Made by a program: the position numbers and the translations under genes. Shown here in pieces: positions 1 to 13,194 of a DNA stretch of 64,000 nt (its first letter is position 1; the number at the start of each line of letters is the position of its first letter). The stretch is from Octopus sinensis. Taxonomy: Eukaryota. The stretch is taken from assembly GCF_006345805.1 (NCBI RefSeq), contig NC_043018.1:17484001-17548000 (forward strand). Direction: 5' to 3'. The notes under the pieces are model-generated. The model was not told where the DNA came from, ran no database searches, and saw nothing but the letters and a program-made list of their open reading frames with translations.

Positions 1-399
1 TTTGAAACAATATTAGATAATTTGATTACGTTGTAAGGGGATAGTAATCAAATAACCACCTAAATATTGGTATGGAAACAGAAAGCCTTTTATCAACGAT
101 TCCCAAAAGAATTTTTTAAGAAGTATAAAAATTTTCATCATACAACTGTATGACTAATACGTTCTCTTTGCAACCACCTTGTACGGCTTGATTTTAATAC
201 TATGAAAATGCTCGGCGACCAGAGCTTCAAATATTGCTCTCGCTTACGAATGTCATATGAATGCGTCTAGTTGATGGAAGCCCATCGTGTGAATATATAT
301 ATATAATATATATATATCTATATTGTGTGTGTGTGTGTAGTATATGTATATATATGTATATATATATATATATATATATCTATATATATATATATATAA

Positions 400-741
<342 letters not shown>

Positions 742-773
742 TGGATGCCTGACGTTCAATTAAATAATTATAA

Positions 774-817
<44 letters not shown>

Positions 818-1083
818 ACCCCACAGAGATATCTCATTTAGGACGACGAGGGTTCCAGTTGATGAGATAATGCGAGCCAGGATTCTGGAGAATATTTATG
901 GGAACCATTCACACCCTACAGCAAATGAAGGGGGACCTAGAGGCAGCATTGCTCAGAAAACCGCCCACTTCTGCGTCTGCTATTTCATGGGCTCTCGATG
1001 GGATGCTGATAACTATGAAGCTGCAACTTTTCTTACGCATATTCAAAACGCACGCTTCCTGTAAACGAAATGAAAGGACATAT

Positions 1084-1163
<80 letters not shown>

Positions 1164-1378
1164 CTACATTATATTATTATATATATATATTAATATATAT
1201 ATATATATATATCTATATATATTTGTTGAAATGGAAAGATGAATTTTCTTGTTACAGATTATTCAAAAGTTTAACCGATACCTGGGTAGGAAAAATCACA
1301 CCAGAAAACATATATTATAGATAATACCATATGGTGTTGCAACCGTGCATATGCGGATAATTGAAGTCATTCACTAAT

Positions 1379-1415
<37 letters not shown>

Positions 1416-1527
1416 ATATATATAACACATATATATATATATATATAAACACATATATATATATATACACCCCACATATATATATATATCTATATATATA
1501 TATATATATATATAGTCTACACCATAT

Positions 1528-1561
<34 letters not shown>

Positions 1562-1876
1562 CATACATCCATACATACATACTTACATACATACATGCAT
1601 ACATACATACATACACACACATACATATACATACACACACACGCACACATATGTATTGGAATACGCCATACAGTAGTAAGTCATGGGTATAGGTAAGAGG
1701 TCAAAAGTGGCAGTGGTGTCAATGAGATTGACTTCAGTGTATGATGAATAAGTGCTGACGTGAACGCAATCCAATTACTAAAAGCAGTAAAGTAGAAAAT
1801 GGTGGAAGAATAGCGATGCAGTTTGATTTAACATCAGAAACATGGAAGCAAAGAAAGATCACAATATTAACCGCCA

Positions 1877-2096
1877 TGATGACGATGATGATGTTAATAT
1901 GATAACGGTAATGATGATGATGATGATGATGAGGATGATGATGATGCGAGGATGATGATGATGATGATGATGATAATGATTATGATGATGGTGATGATGA
2001 TGATGATGTTGATAATGATGATGGTGATGATAATAATGATGATACTGATGATGACTACGACGACGACGATGATGTCGCTAATGGTGAGGTTAATGG

Positions 2097-2131
<35 letters not shown>

Positions 2132-3210
2132 GTGGCATCGTCGTCGTTGTCATCATCATCGTCACCAGCCTCGCCGTTGTCATCTTAATTATGTCCCTCA
2201 TCAATTATCAGACGGAATGCGCAATGAAGAAATATATTTCAGATGGCGCCAAATGGAAGTTATTGGTTTCCGTCTAACCAGTAATTCCGATGTGATTGAC
2301 GCGTTAAGGATATCGGTATAAGTTAACGGAAGGAGGTGTAAGAGGATATTAGAAGAACATCCGAAGGGTTTTGTATAAGGATGGAAAAGCGGGGTGGCGG
2401 TGGGAGAATCAGCAGCAACGGTAACAACAACAACAACAACAACAACATGAACTACACAACGATGACGGCTTTGATGGTGATATGGAGCGAAGCAAAAAAA
2501 GAAGAAAGGATGAAATCGAAAAAGAAGAGATGAAGAACACGGATGAAGAACAAGAACGTAATTATCAGGTTGTATACGATGAAGAGTATTATGATAAAGA
2601 TGATGACGATGAGGAGGAGGAGGTTGAGGAGGAGGCGGAGGTGGTGGTGGTGGTGGTGGTGCTGGAGATGGCGTGGGGAGGATGGTTGGGGTGATGGTGA
2701 TTATCATGATCACGATACGATGGTGATGGTGGTGGTGGTGGTGTTGGTGGTAATGGTGGTGGTGGTGGTGATGGTGGTGATGGTGGCGGTGATGATGATG
2801 ATGATGATGATCATGCTGACGACAGTGATGACAATGATGAGATAGAAGAAGAAGGACAGCAAAAACATGACGTCCCAGCGGTTGATGATTGATCTTGTAT
2901 TGATGTTGGAACTTTAGGAAATCAATCGCAATGATAACGATGATGAGGATGAGGAGGAGGAGGAGACGGGGAGGAAGAGCAAGGACAAACAGGAGTCAGA
3001 CTACGAAGAAGACTGCAACAATGGCGATGACGCTGACGTTTATGGCTGCTGAGCTTTTGCTGCTCGTGTCGTGGGCGCGGCATGTTGATGGAGGTGGTCG
3101 TATCAGGAGAACTTATTATGACACTAATGTTATAGCTATTTGCATAGAGTAATGTTTCTTCATTAACATCATCGTCTAGGCACCAATCTTATCCACCCCC
3201 TCAGAACCAT

Positions 3211-3258
<48 letters not shown>

Positions 3259-3535
3259 TAACCATTAATCATCATCATCATCAACATCATCATCATCATC
3301 ATCATCATCAACATCATCATCATCATCATCATCATCATCAGCAGCATCATCATCATCATCATCATCATCATTAACATCATCATCATCATCATCATCAATC
3401 ATGCTCATCATCATCATCATTACTGACAGCATTTTCATCGTCATCGTTATCAACATCAACACCATCGTTAATATCATCGCTGACAACAACATTACTATCA
3501 TCATCACCACCACCAACAACAACAACAACGACAAT
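1877..3535. repeat. Compound, decayed trinucleotide repeat field: (GAT)n, (GGT)n, (GAG)n, (CAA)n, then (CAT)n
   Basis: Directly visible; explains the poly-M/D/E/V/P ORFs here. Confidence 0.9.
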
Positions 3536-3989
3536 TCACACGTGACCGTCGTCTCCCATTAGAGTGTTGTCATCTTCGTCAACGTCACCCAATTTGGCTG
3601 TCAGCTTGATACGACAGCAACTGGCAGACTTGCTTAGATATGTTAGTCATTCACGTTGTGTAATTGCATAATTAAATATTGAACAGAAGATTAATCAATA
3701 AGCCAGAAGAGATAGGAAGATATTATCAAACAGTAATAGGCTAATCACTGATAAGAGAAGCCATTTTCCTGAAGGTATAATCAAAAATTTGAATATTTTC
3801 AGCAGGAATGAATATAAACTTCTTACAACTATACACTCATACTCGCAAACATACAGGCACACGCTGACGACGCAAACACACACAAACACACATACAAGCA
3901 TACCCAGACTTACCGTAATGAACATCAAGTCATACAAACACACACACACACACACACACATATATACACACACACCCACCCACATATAA

Positions 3990-4059
<70 letters not shown>

Positions 4060-4077
4060 CATATATATATATACATA

Positions 4078-4128
<51 letters not shown>

Positions 4129-4174
4129 ATATATATATATATATATTATATATATATACATGTATATATATACA

Positions 4175-4213
4175 TAGATAGATAGATATATAGATACATA
4201 TAATAGATAGATA

Positions 4214-4276
<63 letters not shown>

Positions 4277-4283
4277 TATAGAT
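4175..4283. repeat. (GATA)n microsatellite following a (TA)n tract
   Basis: Directly visible. Confidence 0.95.
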
Positions 4284-4587
4284 AACATTAATCTCAAGAA
4301 ACTCTCAATTCTTTCTAGTAGACGACATGTTTATCAAAATACCCATCAAGAGGTTGTCTGTAAATTGAAAATGTCGGTTTCACAGCTGTCATCAGACATT
4401 CTATTCACGTCCGCTAACTTGAAGCTTCAAATTCGATCAGTTTTGGATATATCTATGTGTCTATGTATCTGTCTCTGTATGTATTTATCTGTTTATCTAT
4501 CTGTCTATGTCTCACTCTTTCCGCTGCCCTAACCACTGGGTCATTGTACCTCCACATGTATGTATATATATATATGTGTGTATGAAA

Positions 4588-4815
4588 GGCGGCGAGCTGG
4601 CAGAAACGTTAGCACACCGGGCGAAATGCGTAGCCGTATTTAGTCTGCCGTTACGTTCTGAGTTCAAATTCTGCCGAGGACGACTGTGCCTTTCATTCTT
4701 TCGGGGTCGATAAATTAAATACCAGATACGGACTTGGCTCGATGTAATCGACTTAATCCCTTTGTTTGTCTTTGTCTGTCCCCTCTGTGTTTAGCCCCTT
4801 GTGGGTAGTAAAGAA
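4588..4815 (+). mobile_element. SINE family A (tRNA-like head, Nin/Deu-like central domain)
   Basis: Head GGCGGCGAGCTGGCAGAAACGTTAGCAC, B-box-like GTTCAAATT, a variant of the family core (family consensus GTCGACTTTGCCTTTCATCCTTTCGGGGTCGATAAA), end GTGGGTAGTAAAGAAA. About 10 homologous copies or fragments occur in the window. Confidence 0.85.
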
Positions 4816-5304
4816 AAACATATATGTGTATGCATGCATGTATGTACAGGTGTGTTCTCACAAACTATACGTTGCAGCACTTAAATTCAACTACTGATTG
4901 AAAATGCAGGGACATTCGTTTGTCAAACTTGATATATATATACTTCCAACATAAATCGTGTCCTCAAGAATTCATAATAAATTAGTAGATTATAATCACT
5001 AGACAATCCTACACGTTGCAGAGCTTCAAATCAGAGGTGCGTTGTGACCTTTGCTTCAGTGAAAAACTTTCAGTTTTATTTGAAATAAACTTTTGAATGA
5101 GACGACGAAACTATCAACACTTTGAATGCATCTTGATAAGCACTATTTATGTGATGACCAGTCTCACTTTTCCAGACACTTTGTGGAGAATTATTCGTTG
5201 CCGAATTGTTTTGAAAAACTAAGTTACTGAAGCAACGAAATGTCATGAAAAAACTTTTTTGATTGATTTCTCTTTTATGTAGGTTAAAAGCGGAATGGAA
5301 TGAA

Positions 5305-5714
5305 GAGTGGCTGTGTGGTAAGTAGCTTGCTAACCAACCACATGGTTCCGGGTTCAGTCTCACTGCGTGGCATCTTGGGCAAGTGTCTTCTACTATAGCC
5401 CCGGGCCGACCAATGCATTGTGAGTGGATTTGGTAGACGGAAACTGAAGGAAGCCTGTCGTATATATGTATGTATATATATATGTATGTGTGTGTGTGTG
5501 TTTGTCCCCCTAGTATTGCTTGACAACCGATGCTGGTGTGTTTACGTCCCCGTCACATAGCGGTTCGGCAAAAGAGACCAATAGAATAAGTACTGGGCTT
5601 ACAAAGAATAAGTCCCGGGGTCGATTTGCTCGATTAAAGGCGGTGCTCCAGCATGGCCGCAGTCGAATGACTGAAACAAGTAAAAGAGTAAAAGAGTAAA
5701 AAGAGTAAAGAGTA
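5305..5714 (+). mobile_element. SINE family B (tRNA-like head, CORE-like TTGGGCAAGT, internal (TA)/(TG) tract, (GTAAAAGA)n tail)
   Basis: GAGTGGCTGTGTGGTAAGTAGC...GGTTCAGTC...GGCGGTGCTCCAGCATGGCCGCAGTC...GAAACAAGTAAAAGAGTAAAAGAG; more than 10 copies in the window. Confidence 0.9.
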
Positions 5715-6388
5715 TTTCAAAGGGTGCCGAAATCGTTAACAATCTTTTATTTTTGAAATCTGTAACGTTTGCTTCATCATTTGTTTTCTCTGTTGCATAG
5801 TAACACAGGGACATAATGAAAAAATATGAGCCGTATAAAAGCAGAACTTTAGCCCTTTTGCGAAATGTGTCTGTTTTAATATTCCGAACATTATTAACTT
5901 TCAGAATATTTCCTACGTCACTACACATTTGAGTTAAATATCAAAGGATTCTGACAATAATCCCCTTTAATTATTCTGATGTCGCTGTATACAGCCAACG
6001 GCTTTCTTATAAACACCTACAGAGAATATGTCTCATTAAGAAGTAAATATAATATAATGTAACAATTAGCATAAGCATAGAATTTGTTAATAGCATTAAT
6101 TAATTAATGGAACCGAGCTAATCGGCATGCTGCAATATTCACTCAAATATGATAATTGATTTAATAATTGACAAATTTGTGTCTCTGGGGTTTTGTTCAG
6201 TCACTGCTCTGTTTTTGTGCACTTTTTTATTCGTTACTGTAGGGAAAAAAGTATATATCAATAACAAATCCCAGATGACAGTGAGTTTGATTATAAACTT
6301 GCTAGAAAAAAACCATATTTTGTTTACTATCTTAATTCTTGTATTAATTAACCATTATTCTACAAACAGTTTGTATTACCTCCAGTAT

Positions 6389-6603
6389 CGAGCTGGCAGA
6401 ATCGTTAGCACGCCGGGCGAAATGCTTTGCAGTATTTCGTCTGCCGCTACGTTCTGAGTTCAAATTCCGTCGAGGTCGACTTTGCCTTTCATCCTTTCGG
6501 GGTCGATAAATCAAGTACCAGTTACGCACTGGGGTTGATGTAATCGACTTAATCCGTTTGTCTGTCCTTGTTTGTCCCCCTCCCTGTGGGTAGTAAAGAA
6601 ATA
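6389..6603 (+). mobile_element. SINE family A copy
   Basis: Colinear with 4588-4815. Confidence 0.85.
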
Positions 6604-6710
6604 AGTACTATATGACTTATCTTTATAGCAAGAGTGACAGGCGATATGTACAACTTCCAAAAGTTGTACATATCTACATTCTAAAGATAGAGTTTTGTAT
6701 ATTTGTTAGC

Positions 6711-7021
6711 GGAGGTGCAATGGCCCAGTGATTAGGGCAGCGAGCTCGTGGTCGGAGGATCGTGGTTTCGATTCCCCGACCGGGCGTTGTGTGTGTTTAT
6801 TGAGCGAAAATACCTAAAAGCTCCACGAGGTTCTGGCAGGGGGTTGGCGACCCTTGTTGTACTCTTTCGCTACAACTCTCTCTCACTCTCTCTTCCTGTT
6901 TCTAGAGTAACGCTGCGATGGACTGGCGTACCCTCTAGGTGGGGGTAATACATCCGCAACAGAAAGCGGGAAACCGGGCCCATGAGCCTGACTAGGCTTG
7001 AAAAGGTCGACGTTTGTCGTT
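6711..7021 (+). mobile_element. SINE family D (tRNA-derived), single copy with a 12-bp TSD
   Basis: A box TGGCCCAGTGAT, B box GTTTCGATTCC, 3' block CTGCGATGGACTGGCG. Direct repeat TATATTTGTTAG at 6698-6709 and 7022-7033. Confidence 0.8.
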
Positions 7022-7455
7022 TATATTTGTTAGAAGCCAGTTCTTTCTTCAGACGAAGAATGCAAATAATTTTAAACAGAAGAGAACTGAAAGAACATAC
7101 ATACACGTATCAATGCTTTTGCGTGTATATGTGTGCGTATATGTGTGTGCACGCGTGTGTGTACGTGTGTGTATAGTTGCTTTCTAGCTGTCGCTGACCT
7201 CTGTTCATATCTAGTCGAGGTCAACATAATGTTTTTAGTTTTTTAGATCAATAAATAATTACCAGTCCCATCTCTCTCTCTCTCTCTAACTCTCTCTCTC
7301 TTTCTCTCTCGCTCTCTCCATATATCTATCTTTCTATCTATCTTATTATCTTCCCACACATCCGGATTCTCCACCTAATTCTAATGACCAGCAATGGTAA
7401 ATAATGTTACACCTATTCTACTTCATAAAAAATTTAATGTGGATACACACTGAAG

Positions 7456-7511
<56 letters not shown>

Positions 7512-8271
7512 TTTCCCTCTTACAATCTCCCGCCTCCTACTGCTGTAACTTCTTCTCTTTCTCTCTTACACTTCCTCACGAATATGCTTTACTACGCTTT
7601 CTTTCCTGCCATCTCTAACTATTCCTCTCTCCCTCACAACACCAGGGAACTCAAACAGACCACCAGGTCATATTTTCTCTCTGGTTATGTCTTGTCTTTT
7701 TTAGGTGATCATCGCCAGGTCAAATTTAATTAACACTCTGTCCGAAATCTCATTAATTCATTAAATTAGATCTTTTCTTCCTTTTCGCTAGGCTGAGGGT
7801 AACCTGAATAGCATGGACAGAGGGAGGTACAGGTGTTATTGTGGGACAACGTGGTCACCCTGTCTCTCTCTCTGTCAGAAATAGCAGCCAGATTACCCTC
7901 AAATCACTCCCTACTGTTTCTTAGAAAAGACGCATTTGCTGATGTATTTCTTGACGTATTGTATCCGAAATACAGAATGGGTGGTCAAGCTGAATCATTT
8001 GTGATCATAGGTCTGCTAGCTCAGGAAGAAAGTTAATGAGCTATTTGAAGGAGAAAGATAGAAGGCGGTGAATGATTGGACTGAAGAAGAGAAAAGAAAA
8101 AGAAGGAAGAAGAGAGAAAAGGAAAAGAAGAAGAGAGAGAGAGAAGAAGCAGACAAGACAGATGAGTTTGGGCAGCAGAATGATGGCTCAGATTATTCTA
8201 TATGCTAAACCACTGGTTTTAAATTGATATTAGTCAATTTGATATTCAATTTTCTACACTTATAATTTTAA

Positions 8272-8410
<139 letters not shown>

Positions 8411-8470
8411 ATATATGTATACATGTATCTATGTATGTATAAGTATACATATATATATAAATACATATAT

Positions 8471-8502
<32 letters not shown>

Positions 8503-8508
<6 letters not shown>

Positions 8509-9010
8509 CAAAAATGGTACAGGAACACAAAACATCTAGACAGACGATGCAACAAAATAAGGGCGGGTCATTCGGAGTGTTCCTTTCCTCAGTCGAGTCC
8601 CAGATTATCTTTGCAATTTCGGCTAGTTATACTAGAGATTGCATCAAACTGGCCAGCCCCAAGGAAAACTGATCCAAGAGCATTAGATTCATCGGAAGAT
8701 AGCAGCGAATGTATACGAAAACAAGAACGGAAAACACGGAGAAATATTACAGAGATACAAATGCAAATAACAGGACATAACAACACGTGTCATTCGACTA
8801 CGGGCGAATTAAATTAAGCTGACGTGTGTGGAAGTAAAGACTTACAGCAGAGACATAACATTTGACAGGCACAGGGAGGAATATAGATGTTGCACGGACC
8901 GTAGTCGAACCAAGAAATAAAGGTCAGGCTTAGTCGAACACCAGTCATGTGGGGAGAGAAACGAGAGAGTTACAGGCAAAGGGATAGAAAAATTAAGGAG
9001 GTCGAGAAAA
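8503..9010 (-). mobile_element. (TA)n-adjacent element, possibly Penelope pLTR-like, with a degenerate extended hammerhead-like topology at 8606-8701
   Basis: Minus strand: UAUCUU-CCGAUGA-(~68 nt, ending in a GGCUGG/CUAGCC stem)-GAAA-UUGCA-AAGAUA. Confidence 0.35.
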
Positions 9011-9029
9011 AATGAAATATGTATGTATA

Positions 9030-9270
9030 CATTTGTGAATTTGCGTCTGCGTTCCCCCACCACCATCACATGGCAACCTATGTTGATGTCTTTACGTCAC
9101 TGCAACATAGCTGTCAGGAAGAAGAGACCGATAGAATAAGTAGTAGGCATACAAAAATACGTCTTGGGGTTGATTTGTTCAGTAAACCCACTTAAGATGG
9201 CACTCCAGCATGGCCGCAGTCAAGTGTCTGAGACAATGAAATGAATATAAGAATAAGAGAATAAAAGAAT
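9030..9270 (+). mobile_element. Old, diverged SINE family B 3' half
   Basis: GAGACCGATAGAATAAGTA...CTCCAGCATGGCCGCAGTCAA match family B. Confidence 0.75.
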
Positions 9271-9463
9271 GACCTATGTATATCTGTAATCTGACCTTTG
9301 CTATGAAGAGAGAAAATCTATATTTCTATCAGATTATCTTGGAAATTTCCTAATGAAATTTTTAAACTCATCCATTCTGGTGACTTCGAAAGCTTGTCTT
9401 TATTTCTCGTGTCGATAACCGATAAACATATCCAACAGAAGCTGTACAACTGACTATCACTAG

Positions 9464-9834
9464 TCTCTCTCTATATAAAGCTGAAGTTGTCCGTGTGTGG
9501 CAGGTTTGGTAGCCTTCAACTAAAACTATCTCCTCCAAGACCCTGTGCCACAAGTTGACCAAAATTGAGAGTATCATAGAAGAAGGCTTGCTCTTCCTTC
9601 CCTAGGAGAAAAAATTCAAATCGGACCATGTTAACACCAAAAATTATTTACATCAAAAAGGTGTTTTTTTTACGATTTTTTTACTATTGTGTCGCCATTT
9701 TTCGGTGTATTTCAACCAGAAAAATGTTCACTTAAAGAGAATAACAAGCTACATAAAGCAAAATTTTTACTTTTCAAAAATTCCAATTCTAAAGGGCCGA
9801 AACTAGCCTGAGCAACGCCGGGCGATACTGCTAG
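9464..9834 (+). mobile_element. Non-autonomous Helitron
   Basis: 5' TC(TC)TATATAAAG; imperfect subterminal hairpin CCTGAGCAACGCCGGG; ends CTAG followed by T. The last ~25 nt are identical to the end of 16024-16529. Confidence 0.8.
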
Positions 9835-10720
9835 TAATACATAATGATACTGATGCTCACGGTGGGAGTGGCCTATATCCTTCTCAACTGTCGCAATGGC
9901 CCCTGATCACGAATTCATGAGTTTCACTTTAATCGGTGCGTTGTAGGCAACGAAAAGCAATAAACTTTGCTTTTTTTCCTAACAGAACGGCTAATCTACA
10001 GGAAAAAATATTACTTCTCTCTGTGCGTCACACCTTTGAGAAGTAAATCAAACGTTAACCAACAGTAATCGCAAAAACAATAACAAACAACAACGCCAGC
10101 AACAGAGAGATGATAAATGGCCTATATACGCAACATGTATTCAAAATAGGTGGCTGCCATGCAAATAAAAAAAGAACTGCTTTCATATGTTGATGTGATT
10201 ATTAGATTTAACTTTATAGAATCCTGGAATTGATCGAAGTATTATACCCAGAAATATCTCACACACAATTGTATAAACTGCAAGTCAACAGCATCAACAT
10301 ATCATAGAACTCTGCTTTGTTCAAAATGTTCCTCTGTAATATTTTTTGTAGATAGACACATAAAATTGTCATAAAATATCCTAAAGCACCGACACCGACA
10401 TTCACATAGGGAAACATGCAAAAAGGTAGATTCTGTTGAGTGTTTACTACTAAAATATTTCGATTAATCCAAGATTTTACACAATTAAGTGAATGTGCAC
10501 ATAAGAGAAAACAGAGTCGCACCTCGTTTTTGTTTCGCTTAGTTTTAACTAATATATCTATTCAAACTTTACCGGTCATTGATTTTAATTCCAATATATC
10601 GAACTAAACGAAACTATTGATTGATTCTTCGTCAACCTCAACGGTGATCGTTGAGTTGTTCAACCAAATGAATCATTAACTCTGAAATTAAAGCGTAAGA
10701 AAATGAGTATTCCACAATAT

Positions 10721-10951
10721 TATTTCTTTATTGCCCACAGGCGGTTAAACATAGAGGAGACAAACAAGGACAGACAAAGGGATTTTGTCGATTACATCGA
10801 CCCCAGTACGTAACTGGTACTTAATTCGTCGACTCCGAAAGGATGAAAGGCAAAGTCGACCTCGGCGGAATTTGAACTCAGAACGTAGCAACAGACGAAA
10901 TACTGCTGATCATTTCGCCCGCCGTGCTAACGTTTCTGCCAGCTCGCCGCC
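10721..10951 (-). mobile_element. SINE family A copy
   Basis: Reverse complement of family A; CACAATAT direct repeat at 10713-10720 and 10961-10968. Confidence 0.85.
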
Positions 10952-12428
10952 TTAAAGCTGCACAATATGTGCTGCTTTAAGGAAATTCTGAAGCCGAACC
11001 CTTATAAGGCAGTGTATCATGACTAACCCCTGATATATTCACGTGCATTACTGTAGGTGAGAATATCCAATCGCTGATGTGCTTCAGGTTATGTAAATAT
11101 TAAATTAATGACATTAAAGAGTTTTTAATATTTTGGTTAATGAAGCAATTTTATATATTTAAAATTATTCTTGCAAATATATGATGTGATGAAAATTAGT
11201 AAGCTTACACAATTAGGAAACTTACACATTCCGGTTCCACTCAACTAACGTGCAGATTTTATCATATATATTAATATATACTACACAGTTATGACTATCC
11301 AACAGCTAATTACTTCTGCGATTCTATAAAAATGATCAATCAAATTATTTGATAAGGAAATATTTACAGTTTTATCTTCCGTGTATCTAGTAAATAATTT
11401 AGTTTCCATTAGCAAAATGTTAGCTAATTGTATTTGGTATCGTTGATTTGGTTCTGTATTAATTTTAATCGAATAACTCTACAAAGAAAGGTGTTCCAGC
11501 GATGACGGTCCCAGCAGCTCTGAAGTTGTCTCATTTTATAATATTATGTCATATGAGAAGATTTAACCATTCCCCTCAATCCGCTGAGCAGTCTCCTAGA
11601 AGCCCCGACTGTCATTGATTCTAGAGATATTTGTTCGACAATAAGAGTCAACATTTAAAACAAGTAAACCGTTAGTTCTAGTTTTTTCTTTTAAAAGCAC
11701 ATTTCAGAGACTTGTAACTTTTAAGAAAAACTTTCTTTTGTCGAAAATATTAAATCAAACTCAATTTTAGTGCCTAAAGCATCGTCCTAGGTTTTCTTTC
11801 AAGAATTCGATAGATCGATATTTTACAATATTCTAATCTAACCTCAAGAAAACTTTACTTCTAAGTTTGTGAAGTAATATTAAGATAACGGTAACCCATA
11901 CAAAAACACACGCAAGCACAAACACAAACACACACTTATACATACACATATATGCATATATACACACGCACATATATGCATACATAGATATGTACATATA
12001 CAGACACACACGCGCGTATACAAATACACACACACATACATATTGTAAAATTGTAAAAACGCGCTGAAAGGAGATAACGTTTGTGAGACTTTTACTGGCG
12101 TCAATGTTCAGAATAATCCAAGAAACGAACAGAAGAAACGAATTGCATTTGTGAGTCGTGAGAATAATTAACGCAATTTACTCTGATGAATTTAGCTACA
12201 TGAGCATTTTAGGCAAACGAGTGTAATTAGCTGTTTGTATTTTGACTAAATTTCAGTTTTCACGTTAATACTAATTAGGAAGTGTTAATTCGCATTTCAC
12301 TTTTAACGGTGCTATTTAAATCTTGAAACAAAGATTAATATTTGTCTAAGATCAGATATGGATATAATAGCGATGTAATTAGTGAAATCGCGAAATGCGT
12401 TCACTATTTATTAAGTATAATGTGACAT

Positions 12429-12487
<59 letters not shown>

Positions 12488-12489
<2 letters not shown>

Positions 12490-12825
12490 TTTTGCTTTAT
12501 GTCTGTACAAGTTGGCTCGAAGTCTCACCCAGAGACCTCAAGAGACAACAGATTGGAAGTTCTGTGCCATATATTTGGGGTTTTTTTGTTTGTTTTTTTT
12601 TGTGTGTTTTGTTTTGGTGTTGTACTAGTGAATGTCTAATACATAAAAATAAAAAATAAATAAATAAATAAATAAATAAAAAAAATTAAAAATAAAAAGA
12701 TTAAAAAAATAAATAATAAAAATAAAAATAAAAAAATAAAATAAAAATAAATAAAAAGTTTGTTTTAAACCTCGAGATTACATAGAGAGTATTTTGCGTA
12801 GGATATGAGCAGTTCCCATGAGCAC
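12488..12825 (-). mobile_element. 5'-truncated R4/Dong-clade non-LTR retrotransposon (last 15 codons plus 3' UTR) inserted in (TAA)n
   Basis: Minus 12825-12778 translates VLMGTAHILRKILSM*, matching the C-terminus typical of R4/Dong restriction-like-endonuclease ORFs. (TTA)n tracts on both sides. Confidence 0.75.
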
Positions 12826-13194
12826 TTATTATTATTATTATTATTATTATTATCATTATTTTTATTTTTATTATTATTGAAGTCGGTTTTAATTCACAAA
12901 GGTACCATATAGATTCCATGTTAAAATACTTAGTTCGTTAACGTCACTTGAATATCAAATTAATTTGAAGAAAAGTGGAGTATTTCGTTTTGTCAATCAC
13001 CCTATCACTAGATTTGAATATTGTAAACTGGCAAAGATGTGATAAATTTAAGAAAAGATATCGGGAGCACGGTATGTAGACAGTCTCTTTCTTTCTAGAT
13101 TTAAGCAATTATTTTTAATTTCTCTCAACAGCATTTTATATGAAAGTTAGTGCAGGAAACAAGATGAAAGTAAATATATATTAAATTAAAGCTT

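Noticed and set aside
3021-3152. MAMTLTFMAAELLLLVSWARHVDGGGRIRR..., resembling a signal peptide plus dibasic site
   Set aside because: Very short, embedded in decayed trinucleotide repeats, with no recognisable homology. It would need RNA-seq or peptide evidence.
5720-5970. Possible Kolobok-type terminus (CCCCTTTAA)
   Set aside because: No convincing matching left terminus was found.
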